Source: Dickeya dadantii NCPPB 898 (lineage in GTDB: Bacteria; Pseudomonadota; Gammaproteobacteria; Enterobacterales; Enterobacteriaceae). From it: DNA of 32,000 nucleotides. Below, piece by piece: positions 17,860 through 26,168 of this stretch; within the stretch, counting starts at the first letter, position 1, and the number at the start of each line of letters is the position of its first letter. The notes below the pieces were generated by a model. That model ran no database searches. It had not been told where the DNA came from and was given only the letters and a program-made list of their open reading frames with translations. The position numbers and the translations under genes are program-made. The DNA is taken from positions 1,712,551-1,744,550 of the forward strand of contig NZ_CM001976.1 of the NCBI RefSeq assembly GCF_000406145.1, in the 5' to 3' direction.

Positions 17860-18806
17860 TGGTTAAAGCCTTTTGCAATGGTGTCTACGGTGGTTTTTAA
17901 CAGCGAAATGTAGTCGGGAACCGGGCCGTCTTTGGTCGACAGCGAATCGACATACAGCACGCCGCCATAGCGCGCGCCGGTTTCTTTGCTGATCTGACGT
18001 GCCGGCTTATCCGATACCGTGCTTTCACTGAACACGACCGGAATCTGGTGCTGGCGCACTTCATCAATAACATGGCGCACCTGCTGCGGCGTGCCTTGTT
18101 CGTCGGCGTTGATTGGCCACAGATACAGTTCTTTCAGGCCGTAGTCGCGCGCCAGATAGCTGAAGGCGCCTTCACTGGTCACCAGCCAACGGTGTTCGGC
18201 CGGAATATTATTCAGTCGTGCGCGCAGCGGTTGATCCAGCGCCATAATCTGCGCGGCGTAATTTTTGGCGTTACGGTTATAGGTTTCCGCGTTGTCCGGG
18301 TCGTATTTCACCAGCGCTGCCCGGATATTCTCTATATAAATTAATGCGTTGTTTGGTGACATCCAGGCGTGGGGATTCGGGTTGCCGTTGTAAGGGCCTT
18401 CGTTGATCGCGATGGGCGTGATGCCTTCGCTGACGACCACGGAAGGCACGCCCTGAATGTTTTCAAAGAACCGGCCGAACCAGCGCTCCAGATTAAGGCC
18501 ATTCCACAAAATCAGGTTTGCCGACTGCGTTTTGGCGATATCCCGCGGCGTGGGCTGGTAGTCGTGGATTTCCGCACCCGGTTTGGTGATCGATTCGACG
18601 GTGGCGGCATCGCCGGCAACATGTTGGGCGATATCCTGAATGATGGTAAAGGTGGTAACCACCTTGAGTTTTGCCGTCGCCGGTAGCGAAAAACCGAACA
18701 GCAGCGCCAGCAGGGCAGCTAGCAACGGAGCGGCGGAAAAGGGAAACGGGAAGGATAACCGCGTTTTGCGCATTGTTTTCAAAGAACCCTGAAAGGCCGT
18801 AAACAT
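17856..18806 (-). CDS. yfeA: periplasmic Mn/Fe-binding protein (cluster A-I SBP)
   Basis: [14 protein letters not shown]...[19 protein letters not shown]...NPHAWMSP...[12 protein letters not shown] closely matches my recollection of Yersinia YfeA. A signal peptide is present. The ATG at 18806 has a GGGAGAG RBS; an alternative ATG is at 18773. Confidence 0.95.
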   Translation of the reverse strand: MFTAFQGSLKTMRKTRLSFPFPFSAAPLLAALLALLFGFSLPATAKLKVVTTFTIIQDIAQHVAGDAATVESITKPGAEIHDYQPTPRDIAKTQSANLILWNGLNLERWFGRFFENIQGVPSVVVSEGITPIAINEGPYNGNPNPHAWMSPNNALIYIENIRAALVKYDPDNAETYNRNAKNYAAQIMALDQPLRARLNNIPAEHRWLVTSEGAFSYLARDYGLKELYLWPINADEQGTPQQVRHVIDEVRQHQIPVVFSESTVSDKPARQISKETGARYGGVLYVDSLSTKDGPVPDYISLLKTTVDTIAKGFNQ

Positions 18807-18823
18807 AACACTCTCCCAACAAT

Positions 18824-18842
18824 GATAATGATAACCATTTTC
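18824..18842. promoter_or_regulatory. Fur box
   Basis: GATAATGATAACCATTTTC matches the consensus GATAATGATAATCATTATC at 17 of 19 positions. It starts 18 nt upstream of the yfeA ATG and overlaps the predicted -10. Confidence 0.8.
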
Positions 18843-18865
18843 ATTTAAATCCGGGGCTATGTTAA
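18837..18865 (-). promoter_or_regulatory. candidate sigma70 promoter of yfeABCD
   Basis: Read on the minus strand it is TTAACA-N17-GAAAAT. The -10 is embedded in the Fur box, and the leader to the 18806 ATG is about 25 nt. Confidence 0.5.
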
Positions 18866-19163
18866 CAGACTACATTTAACACCTCAATAACACCACGAAG
18901 TAAATTGTTTTAGGGGTAAATGGTTTTAGTTTCATGCGTTTCCTGCGCGTTCCACAGCGCTTCGTCATGGGTGTGCCAGACCGGGGGCGTAGGCTGGGGT
19001 TATATAAAATGTGCATCACACGGTCTTCGGTCAAGGAGTGGGGATTCGGCCAACTGACCAGCGGCCAATCCTTGATGTGAGCACCATAACCAAACCGTGC
19101 TATGCACGAAAGGCGATGCGTTACGCTCCCGATAGCGGCGGCATCTTGCAATATAGCGCGTGG

Positions 19164-20066
19164 CTACTTCTGAAATATGGTCAGATTGTCGGTCAGCCAC
19201 TCGGTCAGCGAACGCGGGGCTTTTCCCGTCATTTCCTCGATTGTCGACGTCGTTTCGCCGATCGCAGACTCACGAAACAGACGATCAAGCCCGATTAGCA
19301 GATCGGCTGTGAATGGCGAAAGTCCGCTCCCGAGCAGCGCCTCTCTTTGCTGCGAGGGCGAAAGATGGACATAGGTAACGGGGTGGCCAAGCAGGCGGGT
19401 TAGTTCGGCCGCAATGTCGGCCATCGTCCATGCTCGCGGGCCTGTCAGGTGATACACCCGTTGCGATTCAGGTTCGATCTCTTCGAGCAGTGCAATGCGT
19501 GCCGCGTCGGCAATATCGCGGGTGTCGATGAAGTTCACGCGCCCATTGCCCGCAGCGCCAGTCCAGGAGCCGGCGGCAATAAGCGGCCCCAGACGCTTGA
19601 GCACATCGCTAAACGCCGTGGGGCGCAAAACGGTTGAGGCAATCGGCTGCTGTGCCAGATGCGCTTCAATCTGCATATGCCAGGCGATGGGAAGCAGCCG
19701 GGTCGCGGGACCGAGGGCGGATAGCTTGACGATGTGGCGAACGCCGGCGGCGACTGCGGCGTCGATCAGCGCAATCTCATTGGCAACTTGTTCGGTTGAC
19801 GTGCCGTGAGAGATAAACAGCCGATCGATGCCACGCAGGGCGTCGCGAAGCCTGTCCTCGTGCCTGAAGTCGACCTTAACCGCACTGATACCGGTGGGCA
19901 AACGCGCCGCTTCGGGATTGCGGGTAAGCACGACGACGTCTATCGGATCGGCTGCAAGCCGGGTAGTTAGCGTAGCACCAACGCGTCCCGTGGCGCCGGC
20001 AAGGGCGAGGCGCGGTTTTCGTGTCTGTGAAGATAATGAAGGTAAAGAAGATAAATAGTCGGGCAT
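19164..20066 (-). CDS. NmrA-like/atypical SDR NAD(P)H-binding oxidoreductase
   Basis: It has the Rossmann motif LAGATGRVG near the N-terminus and an NmrA-like length of 300 aa. A GAGG RBS is present. Confidence 0.75.
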   Translation of the reverse strand: MPDYLSSLPSLSSQTRKPRLALAGATGRVGATLTTRLAADPIDVVVLTRNPEAARLPTGISAVKVDFRHEDRLRDALRGIDRLFISHGTSTEQVANEIALIDAAVAAGVRHIVKLSALGPATRLLPIAWHMQIEAHLAQQPIASTVLRPTAFSDVLKRLGPLIAAGSWTGAAGNGRVNFIDTRDIADAARIALLEEIEPESQRVYHLTGPRAWTMADIAAELTRLLGHPVTYVHLSPSQQREALLGSGLSPFTADLLIGLDRLFRESAIGETTSTIEEMTGKAPRSLTEWLTDNLTIFQK

Positions 20067-20088
20067 GGCGGAACCTCGTGGGTGTATT

Positions 20089-20130
20089 ATGGAACGAACG
20101 GTCCATTAACACTGGAACGATCGTTCCATG
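20089..20130. promoter_or_regulatory. two tandem palindromic operators in the TetR/NmrA divergent region
   Basis: Site 1 at 20089-20106 is ATGGAACGAACGGTCCAT, with 7 of 9 pairs complementary. Site 2 at 20113-20128 is TGGAACGATCGTTCCA, a perfect 16-bp palindrome. Both share TGGAACGA...TCCAT. Confidence 0.65.
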
Positions 20131-20739
20131 TTGTCAAGTGAGATTATTCAGATGAGTGGAAAACCGCAGTACAACGAAGCCGCTGTCATTGATGCCGCTC
20201 TGGATGCGTTCTGGCGTCATGGCTACACGGCTACATCGATTAATGTGCTGACAGAAGCGACGGGCTTGTCGCGTTCAAGCCTGTATCAGCGCTTTCAGGA
20301 TAAGGATGGCCTGTTTCAGGTCGTACTGGCGACGTATACCGACCGATTAATGCGACGTATGCATTCGGCCGAAGGCGTCACTGCCCGCGCAACTCTTAAT
20401 GCGCTGTTACGTGAGCTACTGCCGGCATCGCCGCCGCGTCCCCCAGGTTGCCTGCTGTCAAGAAGTTGTGCTGAGTTTGCCGAATTGCCGACGGCGAGTC
20501 GGGAGGCGGTGCTTGAGGGGATGAGCCGGCAACGCGATGTGCTGGTGAATCTGTTACGGGAAGCTATCGCCGCCGGTGAACTTCCCGCCAACGCGGACGT
20601 TGATGCGTTAGCCTGGCACTTCCTCGGCGTGATGCAAGCGGTGGTGAGCTTGCCGCCGGCGGGGGCGAGTCTGGACGAGTTGGAGCGTATGATCGCCGTT
20701 GCGATGCTGGTGTGGCCGGAGGTCTCCGCTGCAACGTAA
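20128..20739 (+). CDS. TetR/AcrR-family transcriptional regulator
   Basis: The N-terminal HTH is AALDAFWRHGYTATSINVLTEATGLSRSSLYQRF. The ATG at 20128 lies inside operator 2, so the ATG at 20152 (MSGKPQ...) is an equally plausible start. Confidence 0.85.
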   Translation: MLSSEIIQMSGKPQYNEAAVIDAALDAFWRHGYTATSINVLTEATGLSRSSLYQRFQDKDGLFQVVLATYTDRLMRRMHSAEGVTARATLNALLRELLPASPPRPPGCLLSRSCAEFAELPTASREAVLEGMSRQRDVLVNLLREAIAAGELPANADVDALAWHFLGVMQAVVSLPPAGASLDELERMIAVAMLVWPEVSAAT

Positions 20740-20875
20740 AAGGAATCGTGAATAAAAAATAGCGCTGACGGCGACCGCGTACATTGAGGGCGCCTTTCGC
20801 GCGGTGGTTGTTAGACCCGTTTGTTGCCATGGCGTACAGAACACTGCGGCAACAACAGCGGCGCTTCTGAACCTA

Positions 20876-21796
20876 TTATAAAACATAGCCATCAATAGCC
20901 AGTTCATGCCGCATCCATTCAATAAAGACCTTCACTTTATGCGTACGCTCGTTAATGTGCGGCATGACAATATGGTGCGCATTAACGGGGTATTCAAATT
21001 CTCGTGGGAAAACCTGCACCAGAGAACCACTCTTGAGAAACTCTTCGCCCATCATGGAGCTTTCAAGAATCAGCCCCAACCCCATTCTCGCTGCTTCAAA
21101 ACTCATATAAGAACGATCAAAACTCAGGTTAAAACCAGGCCGTGCGTATTTTATATCACAGTAAGAAAACCATTTATCCCAGTTAGCCAGCGTGGTTGAA
21201 GAGTAAATAAGATTATGATTAAGAATTTCCTCGGGGTGGTTTATTGGGTTTTTACTAATATAGTCCGGCGAGGCCATGACTTTTAGTCTTTCATTCTTAA
21301 TCGTCATGACTCTGTATGCATCCCAGTCAGGTATACCGTGCCGGATATCAATGTCGATATTGTCGCGGGCAAACTGGAGGTTCTCATAAGAGCAGGTAAG
21401 ATTGATGGTAATATCCGGGTGCAACGTCCTGAATTTACCTAACCGACGCATCAGCCAAATCATGCCGAAGGAGGGGGATGAGTGTACTCGCAGAATCTCA
21501 TTGCTCGATTCATTAATCATTTTGTCCGTTGCTCTACCGATAATACTGATCGCCCCGGAAACCTCTCTTAGATAAATCTCTCCATGCTCTGTCAGCGTGA
21601 CGCCCTTTCCATTGCGAATGAAAAGCTTTTTATTCAGGAACTTTTCGAGCGTAGCAATCTGATGACTGACGGCAGAAGCGGTAATATTCAATTTTTCAGC
21701 AGCAACATTAATACTTTGCGTGTTTGCTACCTCAAGAAATGCCTGGATATTCCGTAGAGAAGGTAAGGGCAATTTTGATGCTTCATTACTACTCAT
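20876..21796 (-). CDS. LysR-family transcriptional regulator (GcvA-like), AT-rich gene
   Basis: The HTH is LRNIQAFLEVANTQSINVAAEKLNITASAVSHQIATLEKFL. The ATG at 21796 has an AGGG RBS; the ORF track extends 7 codons further, to 21817. The gene is divergent from the MFS-SDR-transketolase genes. Confidence 0.85.
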   Translation of the reverse strand: MSSNEASKLPLPSLRNIQAFLEVANTQSINVAAEKLNITASAVSHQIATLEKFLNKKLFIRNGKGVTLTEHGEIYLREVSGAISIIGRATDKMINESSNEILRVHSSPSFGMIWLMRRLGKFRTLHPDITINLTCSYENLQFARDNIDIDIRHGIPDWDAYRVMTIKNERLKVMASPDYISKNPINHPEEILNHNLIYSSTTLANWDKWFSYCDIKYARPGFNLSFDRSYMSFEAARMGLGLILESSMMGEEFLKSGSLVQVFPREFEYPVNAHHIVMPHINERTHKVKVFIEWMRHELAIDGYVL

Positions 21797-21932
21797 TTTG
21801 AAACCCTGCCTGTTCATTCTAATGTCATGATTCTATTGAGATTGGTGGAAAATATGTTGGTTTTATGAGTGAAATTGTGATGATAAGCACGTTTATCTTA
21901 ATAGTGCGACAATTGATAAAACAGCGATGCTG

Positions 21933-21951
21933 ATCACGTTTTTTTTGTGAT
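21933..21951. promoter_or_regulatory. inverted repeat ATCAC-N9-GTGAT (candidate LysR-type box)
   Basis: The sequence is ATCACGTTTTTTTTGTGAT, in the 305-bp AT-rich divergent region. The spacing is not the textbook T-N11-A, so this is only a candidate. Confidence 0.3.
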
Positions 21952-22101
21952 GCGATTCGTGAATCAAATTTTTCTCAGTGTTAAATGAGTTTTTTTATAT
22001 TTTGTTTTTTATGTCGGTAGTTATATTGAGTGACGAAGATTAAATGCAGTGATTTTAATTTTATTAATAAAAACAGTTGTTCATACAAAGAGGTCCACGC
22101 T

Positions 22102-23433
22102 ATGTCACGTATGGAACAATCAGTACCCTACATTAAGACCAAAGAGACAAATTATCGTTATGTTGTTCTTGCTTTAATATTTATTGTGTATGCGATTAAT
22201 TATGCTGATCGTACAAACATCGGTGCGGTACTTCCCTTCATCATTACTGAGTTTCACATCAACAACTTTGAAGCAGGCGCCATTGCCAGTATGTTTTTTC
22301 TGGGATATGCACTGAGTCAAATTCCTGCCGGTTTTTTTATTGCCAAAAAAGGTATTCGCGGGCTGGTATCGCTATCCATATTTGGATTCTCTGCATTTAC
22401 GTGGTTGATGGGAACCGCGACCTCGGTCTTAGGTTTGAAATTCATTCGGTTGGGATTGGGGTTAACAGAAGGGCCGTGCCCGGTCGGACTGGCGTCGACT
22501 ATCAATAACTGGTTTCCGGCAAAAGAAAAAGCGACGGCTACGGGTGTTTATATCGCCGCAACCATGTTTGCTCCTATTCTTGTACCGCCGGTGGCCGTCT
22601 GGATTGCGTTAACCTGGGGCTGGCGGTGGGTCTTTTTTTCATTCGCTATTCCAGGCGTTGCTGTTGCAATAGCATGGTATTTGCTGGTTAAGTCCAAACC
22701 GTCAGAGAGTCATTTTGTTTCCAAAGCAGAATTGGCTTATATCAATACCGATCATGGCGATGTAAACACCAGAAGACAGAACATTGTTATTGAAGATAAG
22801 TTTACCTCTCTGGATAAACTAATCCGCGTGAAAGAGCTAGCGCCGATTAGCTCGGTAAAAGGCCTTTTCACCTCGAAAAATATATTGGGCGATTGCCTTG
22901 CGTATTTCATGATGGTCAGCGTCCTGTATGGCTTACTGACATGGATCCCTATGTATCTGGTTAAGGAGAAAGGCTTTAACTTTATGAGTATGGGGTTGGT
23001 CGCCAGCATGCCCTGCATTGGGGGATTCATCGGTGCGATTTTCGGCGGTTATGTTTCTGACAAGCTGCTTGGTCGCCGCAGAAAACCGACGATGATTTTT
23101 ACCGCTATCAGCACCGTCATCATGATGTTAATCATGCTTAATATCCCACAAAGTACTGTCGCGGTTTGCACAGGGTTATTCTTTGTCGGGCTTTGTCTCA
23201 ATATCGGCTGGCCTGCATTCACAGCGTACGGCATGGCTGTTGCTGATAAAAAAACCTATCCGATTGCCGCGTCGATTATTAACAGCGGTGGGAACCTTGG
23301 TGGGTTTGTATCTCCTATGCTGGCTGGTTTTTTATTGGATTACACCGGGAACTTTAATGCTGTATTCACTTATTTCGGTATATGCGCAGCAATTGGACTG
23401 GTATTAATTTTGATAATTGATGAGCCAAGATAA
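22102..23433 (+). CDS. MFS transporter, anion:cation symporter (ACS) family, sugar-acid/organic-anion type
   Basis: YVVLALIFIVYAINYADRTNIG is the ACS-family N-terminal signature seen in DgoT/ExuT/tartrate-type carriers. About 12 TM helices are predicted. The ATG at 22102 has an AAGAGG RBS; the upstream 24 codons of the ORF are AT-rich, non-protein-like sequence. Confidence 0.85.
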   Translation: MSRMEQSVPYIKTKETNYRYVVLALIFIVYAINYADRTNIGAVLPFIITEFHINNFEAGAIASMFFLGYALSQIPAGFFIAKKGIRGLVSLSIFGFSAFTWLMGTATSVLGLKFIRLGLGLTEGPCPVGLASTINNWFPAKEKATATGVYIAATMFAPILVPPVAVWIALTWGWRWVFFSFAIPGVAVAIAWYLLVKSKPSESHFVSKAELAYINTDHGDVNTRRQNIVIEDKFTSLDKLIRVKELAPISSVKGLFTSKNILGDCLAYFMMVSVLYGLLTWIPMYLVKEKGFNFMSMGLVASMPCIGGFIGAIFGGYVSDKLLGRRRKPTMIFTAISTVIMMLIMLNIPQSTVAVCTGLFFVGLCLNIGWPAFTAYGMAVADKKTYPIAASIINSGGNLGGFVSPMLAGFLLDYTGNFNAVFTYFGICAAIGLVLILIIDEPR

Positions 23434-23474
23434 TACATGATGATGTTCATGAACTAAAAAACTGGAGTTAAATT

Positions 23475-24224
23475 ATGTTACTCAAAGATAAAGTAGCCAT
23501 TATTACTGGTGCGGCCTCCCCACGCGGTTTGGGCTTCGCCACCGCCAAACTGTTTGCTGAGAATGGCGCGAAAGTGGTTATTCTCGATTTAGATGCGCAA
23601 GCCAGTAAGAATGCGGCGGATATATTGGGGGCGCCGCATCTGGGCGTTGCGGCAAACGTGGCGAACGAGCAACAGGTTAATGCGGCGATTGAACAGGTAC
23701 TCGGAAAATATGGCCGTATCGATATTCTGGTTAATAATGCCGGCATTACACAACCGATTAAAACGATGGATATTAAACGCGAGAATTATGATGCGGTGCT
23801 GGATGTCAGTTTACGGGGCACGTTGCTGATGTCTCAGGCGGTTATTCCCACCATGCGCGCTCAAAAGTCAGGCAGCATCGTGTGCATTTCCTCGGTGTCC
23901 GCGCAGCGCGGCGGCGGCATTTTCGGCGGGCCGCATTATAGCGCGGCCAAAGCCGGCGTTCTGGGTCTGGCAAAAGCCATGGCGCGTGAACTGGGCCCTG
24001 ATAATGTGCGTGTCAATTGCATCACCCCGGGACTTATTCAGACCGACATTACCGCCGGTAAATTATCAGATGAGATGAAACACAATATTTTGGCCGGCAT
24101 TCCGTTAAATCGGCTGGGCGACGCCATCGATATTGCCCGCGCGGCGCTTTTCCTGGGCAGCGATCTTTCATCGTATTCCACGGGCATTACGTTGGACGTG
24201 AATGGCGGAATGTTAATCCATTAA
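23475..24224 (+). CDS. classical short-chain dehydrogenase/reductase (FabG-like)
   Basis: It has TGAASPRGLG (TGxxxGxG), NNAG and the S...YSAAK catalytic triad spacing. The length is 249 aa. Confidence 0.9.
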   Translation: MLLKDKVAIITGAASPRGLGFATAKLFAENGAKVVILDLDAQASKNAADILGAPHLGVAANVANEQQVNAAIEQVLGKYGRIDILVNNAGITQPIKTMDIKRENYDAVLDVSLRGTLLMSQAVIPTMRAQKSGSIVCISSVSAQRGGGIFGGPHYSAAKAGVLGLAKAMARELGPDNVRVNCITPGLIQTDITAGKLSDEMKHNILAGIPLNRLGDAIDIARAALFLGSDLSSYSTGITLDVNGGMLIH

Positions 24225-24239
24225 TGTAAGGGTTGAGTT

Positions 24240-25085
24240 ATGTTGCAATCAGATATTCAGAAAGTAGCGGCGGCGGCATGGCGTATTCGTCGCTATGCGT
24301 TGCGTATGGGCGAGGTTCAGGGGCAAGGATATATTGGTCAGGCGTTGGGCTATGCTGATGTGCTGGCTACCGCGTTCGCCCACACCATGAATTATCGCCC
24401 TGAAGAACCCGAATGGGAAAACCGCGATCGTTTTCTGCTGTCTCACGGGCATTACGCTATCGCCTATTATGCCGCATTAATTGAAGCGGGCATTATTCCG
24501 CAAGAAGAACTCGAAACCTATGGTTCCGATGATAGCCGCCTGCCGATGTCCGGTATGGCGACGTATACCCCGGCGATGGAAATATCCGGCGGATCGTTAG
24601 GGCAGGGGCTTAGTATCGCCGTGGGGATGGCGCTGGGTCTGAGGCAGAAGCAGAGTACTTCGCTGGTGATCAATTCCATGTCCGATGGTGAACTGGATGA
24701 AGGATCGACCTGGGAAGCGGCAATGTCCGCGGCGCATTACGGTTTATCGAACCTGATCAATATCGTGGATATCAATCGTCAGCAGGCGGATGGAAATTCA
24801 ATCAACATTCTGGGTTTTGAGCCGCTGCATGATAAATGGGCGTCTTTCGGCTGGTATGTGCAGCGGGTGGACGGCAACGATGTGCCGGCTGTGGTTAACG
24901 CGTTTGATAATGCAAAAAATCATCCGGAAAAGCAGCCTCGCGTCATTCTGTGCGACACGCTGATGGGGAAAGGGGTGCCCTTCCTGGAAACGCGCGACAA
25001 AAATCACTTTATCCGCGTTGATGCGGATGAATGGCAGCAAGCGATAGCGGTGCTGGATGCGAACAAACCGGAAGGAGTACAGTGA
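24240..25085 (+). CDS. split transketolase, N-terminal (TPP-binding PP-domain) subunit
   Basis: SHGHYAIAYYAAL and SDGELDEGSTWEAAMSAAHYGLSNLINIVDINRQQADG form the ThDP/Mg motif region (G-D-G...N). Here the motif reads S-D-G. Confidence 0.9.
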   Translation: MLQSDIQKVAAAAWRIRRYALRMGEVQGQGYIGQALGYADVLATAFAHTMNYRPEEPEWENRDRFLLSHGHYAIAYYAALIEAGIIPQEELETYGSDDSRLPMSGMATYTPAMEISGGSLGQGLSIAVGMALGLRQKQSTSLVINSMSDGELDEGSTWEAAMSAAHYGLSNLINIVDINRQQADGNSINILGFEPLHDKWASFGWYVQRVDGNDVPAVVNAFDNAKNHPEKQPRVILCDTLMGKGVPFLETRDKNHFIRVDADEWQQAIAVLDANKPEGVQ

Positions 25086-26086
25086 TGAATCAGGCCACAC
25101 AACCTAAGCCACGTTTAACCACGTCCGCGATGATTGCATCTATTGCGGATGAAGGTCAGGAAACCCGCTCCGCGCCTTTCGGTCATGCACTGGTCGAACT
25201 GGCGAAAACGCGCCCCGAAATTGTCGGCATGACCGCCGATCTGTCCAAATATACCGACCTGCATATTTTTGCCCAGGCCTACCCGGAGCGTTTTTTCCAG
25301 ATGGGAATGGCGGAACAGTTGCTGATGGGCGCCGCCGGCGGCATGGCGAAAGAAGGGTTTATTCCTTTTGCCACCACCTATGCCGTCTTCGCCACGCGGC
25401 GCGCGTATGATTTTATTCATCAGGTGATTGCGGAAGAAGGTCTTAACGTCAAAATTTGTGCGGCGCTGCCTGGGCTGACGACGGGATACGGCCCAAGCCA
25501 TCAGGCCACGGAGGATCTGGCGATTATGCGAGGCATTCCTGGCATGACCATCATCGACCCTTGCGACGCTATCGACATTGAACAGGCCGTGCCGGCGATG
25601 GTCGACCACAACGGGCCGGTGTATATGCGCCTGCTGCGCGGCAAGGTGCCGGTGGTTCTCGATAAGTACGACTATAAGTTCGAGCTGGGCAAGGCCAAAC
25701 TGCTGGAAGACGGCAGAGACGTTCTGATTATATCGTCCGGTATTATGACCATGCGCGCGCTCGACGCGGCGGATAAATTGCAGAAAGATAACGTCAGTGT
25801 CGCGGTGCTGCACGTGCCGACGATTAAACCTCTCGATGAAAAAACCATTCTGGCGCAGGTTGCAAAACCGGGACGTTTGGTGATTACCGCGGAAAACCAC
25901 ACCTGCGTCGGCGGCCTGGGTGAAGCGGTCGCCGCTTTGCTGATGCGCAACGGCGTGCGCACGGAATTTGATACCGTCGGCCTGCCGGATGCGTTCCTGC
26001 ATGCCGGGGCGTTGCCGACGTTGCACGATCGTTATGGTATTTCAACGGCCATGATGGTCGAAAAAATCAAATCTCGTCTTAAATAA
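25085..26086 (+). CDS. split transketolase, C-terminal (pyrimidine-binding + C-terminal domain) subunit
   Basis: The ATG overlaps the upstream stop (TGATG). FFQMGMAEQLLMGAAGGMAKEG carries the conserved Glu. TYAVF and GPSHQATEDLAIMRGIPGMTIIDP are typical of the TK Pyr domain. Confidence 0.9.
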   Translation: MNQATQPKPRLTTSAMIASIADEGQETRSAPFGHALVELAKTRPEIVGMTADLSKYTDLHIFAQAYPERFFQMGMAEQLLMGAAGGMAKEGFIPFATTYAVFATRRAYDFIHQVIAEEGLNVKICAALPGLTTGYGPSHQATEDLAIMRGIPGMTIIDPCDAIDIEQAVPAMVDHNGPVYMRLLRGKVPVVLDKYDYKFELGKAKLLEDGRDVLIISSGIMTMRALDAADKLQKDNVSVAVLHVPTIKPLDEKTILAQVAKPGRLVITAENHTCVGGLGEAVAALLMRNGVRTEFDTVGLPDAFLHAGALPTLHDRYGISTAMMVEKIKSRLK

Positions 26087-26134
26087 CATATCGTCTTAAA
26101 CAACATATCGGTTTAAGTAACAGATCGCCTTAAA
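26068..26134. repeat. four tandem, progressively degenerate 17-bp repeats (..ATCGTCTTAAA-like)
   Basis: The units are CAAATCTCGTCTTAAA at 26068-26083, TAACATATCGTCTTAAA at 26084-26100, CAACATATCGGTTTAAG at 26101-26117 and TAACAGATCGCCTTAAA at 26118-26134. The first unit is the last five sense codons of the transketolase gene, and the stop codon TAA opens unit 2. Confidence 0.85.
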
Positions 26135-26141
26135 CCAAAGC

Positions 26142-26168
26142 ATTGCCGCCGCTAAAAACGGCGGCAAT
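26142..26168. terminator. bidirectional terminator-like hairpin
   Basis: ATTGCCGCCG-ctaaaaa-CGGCGGCAAT is a perfect 10-bp stem between the convergent transketolase (+) and hydrolase (-) genes. Confidence 0.6.

Noticed and set aside
18801-18880. Possible MntR operator at the yfe promoter (AAACATAAC, and AACATAGCC read on the minus strand)
   Set aside because: There are only isolated half-site-like sequences about 45 nt apart. No inverted repeat with operator-like spacing is present, so a site cannot be supported without a PWM scan.
18876-19298. Small ORFs of 91, 66 and 95 aa in the 357-bp gap between yfeA and the NmrA-like gene
   Set aside because: They overlap each other on both strands, lack RBSs and have odd composition. 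The region could hold a gene remnant or an sRNA, but I see no positive evidence.
26068-26134. The 17-bp tandem array as a CRISPR or other spaced-repeat locus
   Set aside because: The units are directly adjacent with no spacers. They are far shorter than CRISPR repeats, and no cas genes are present.
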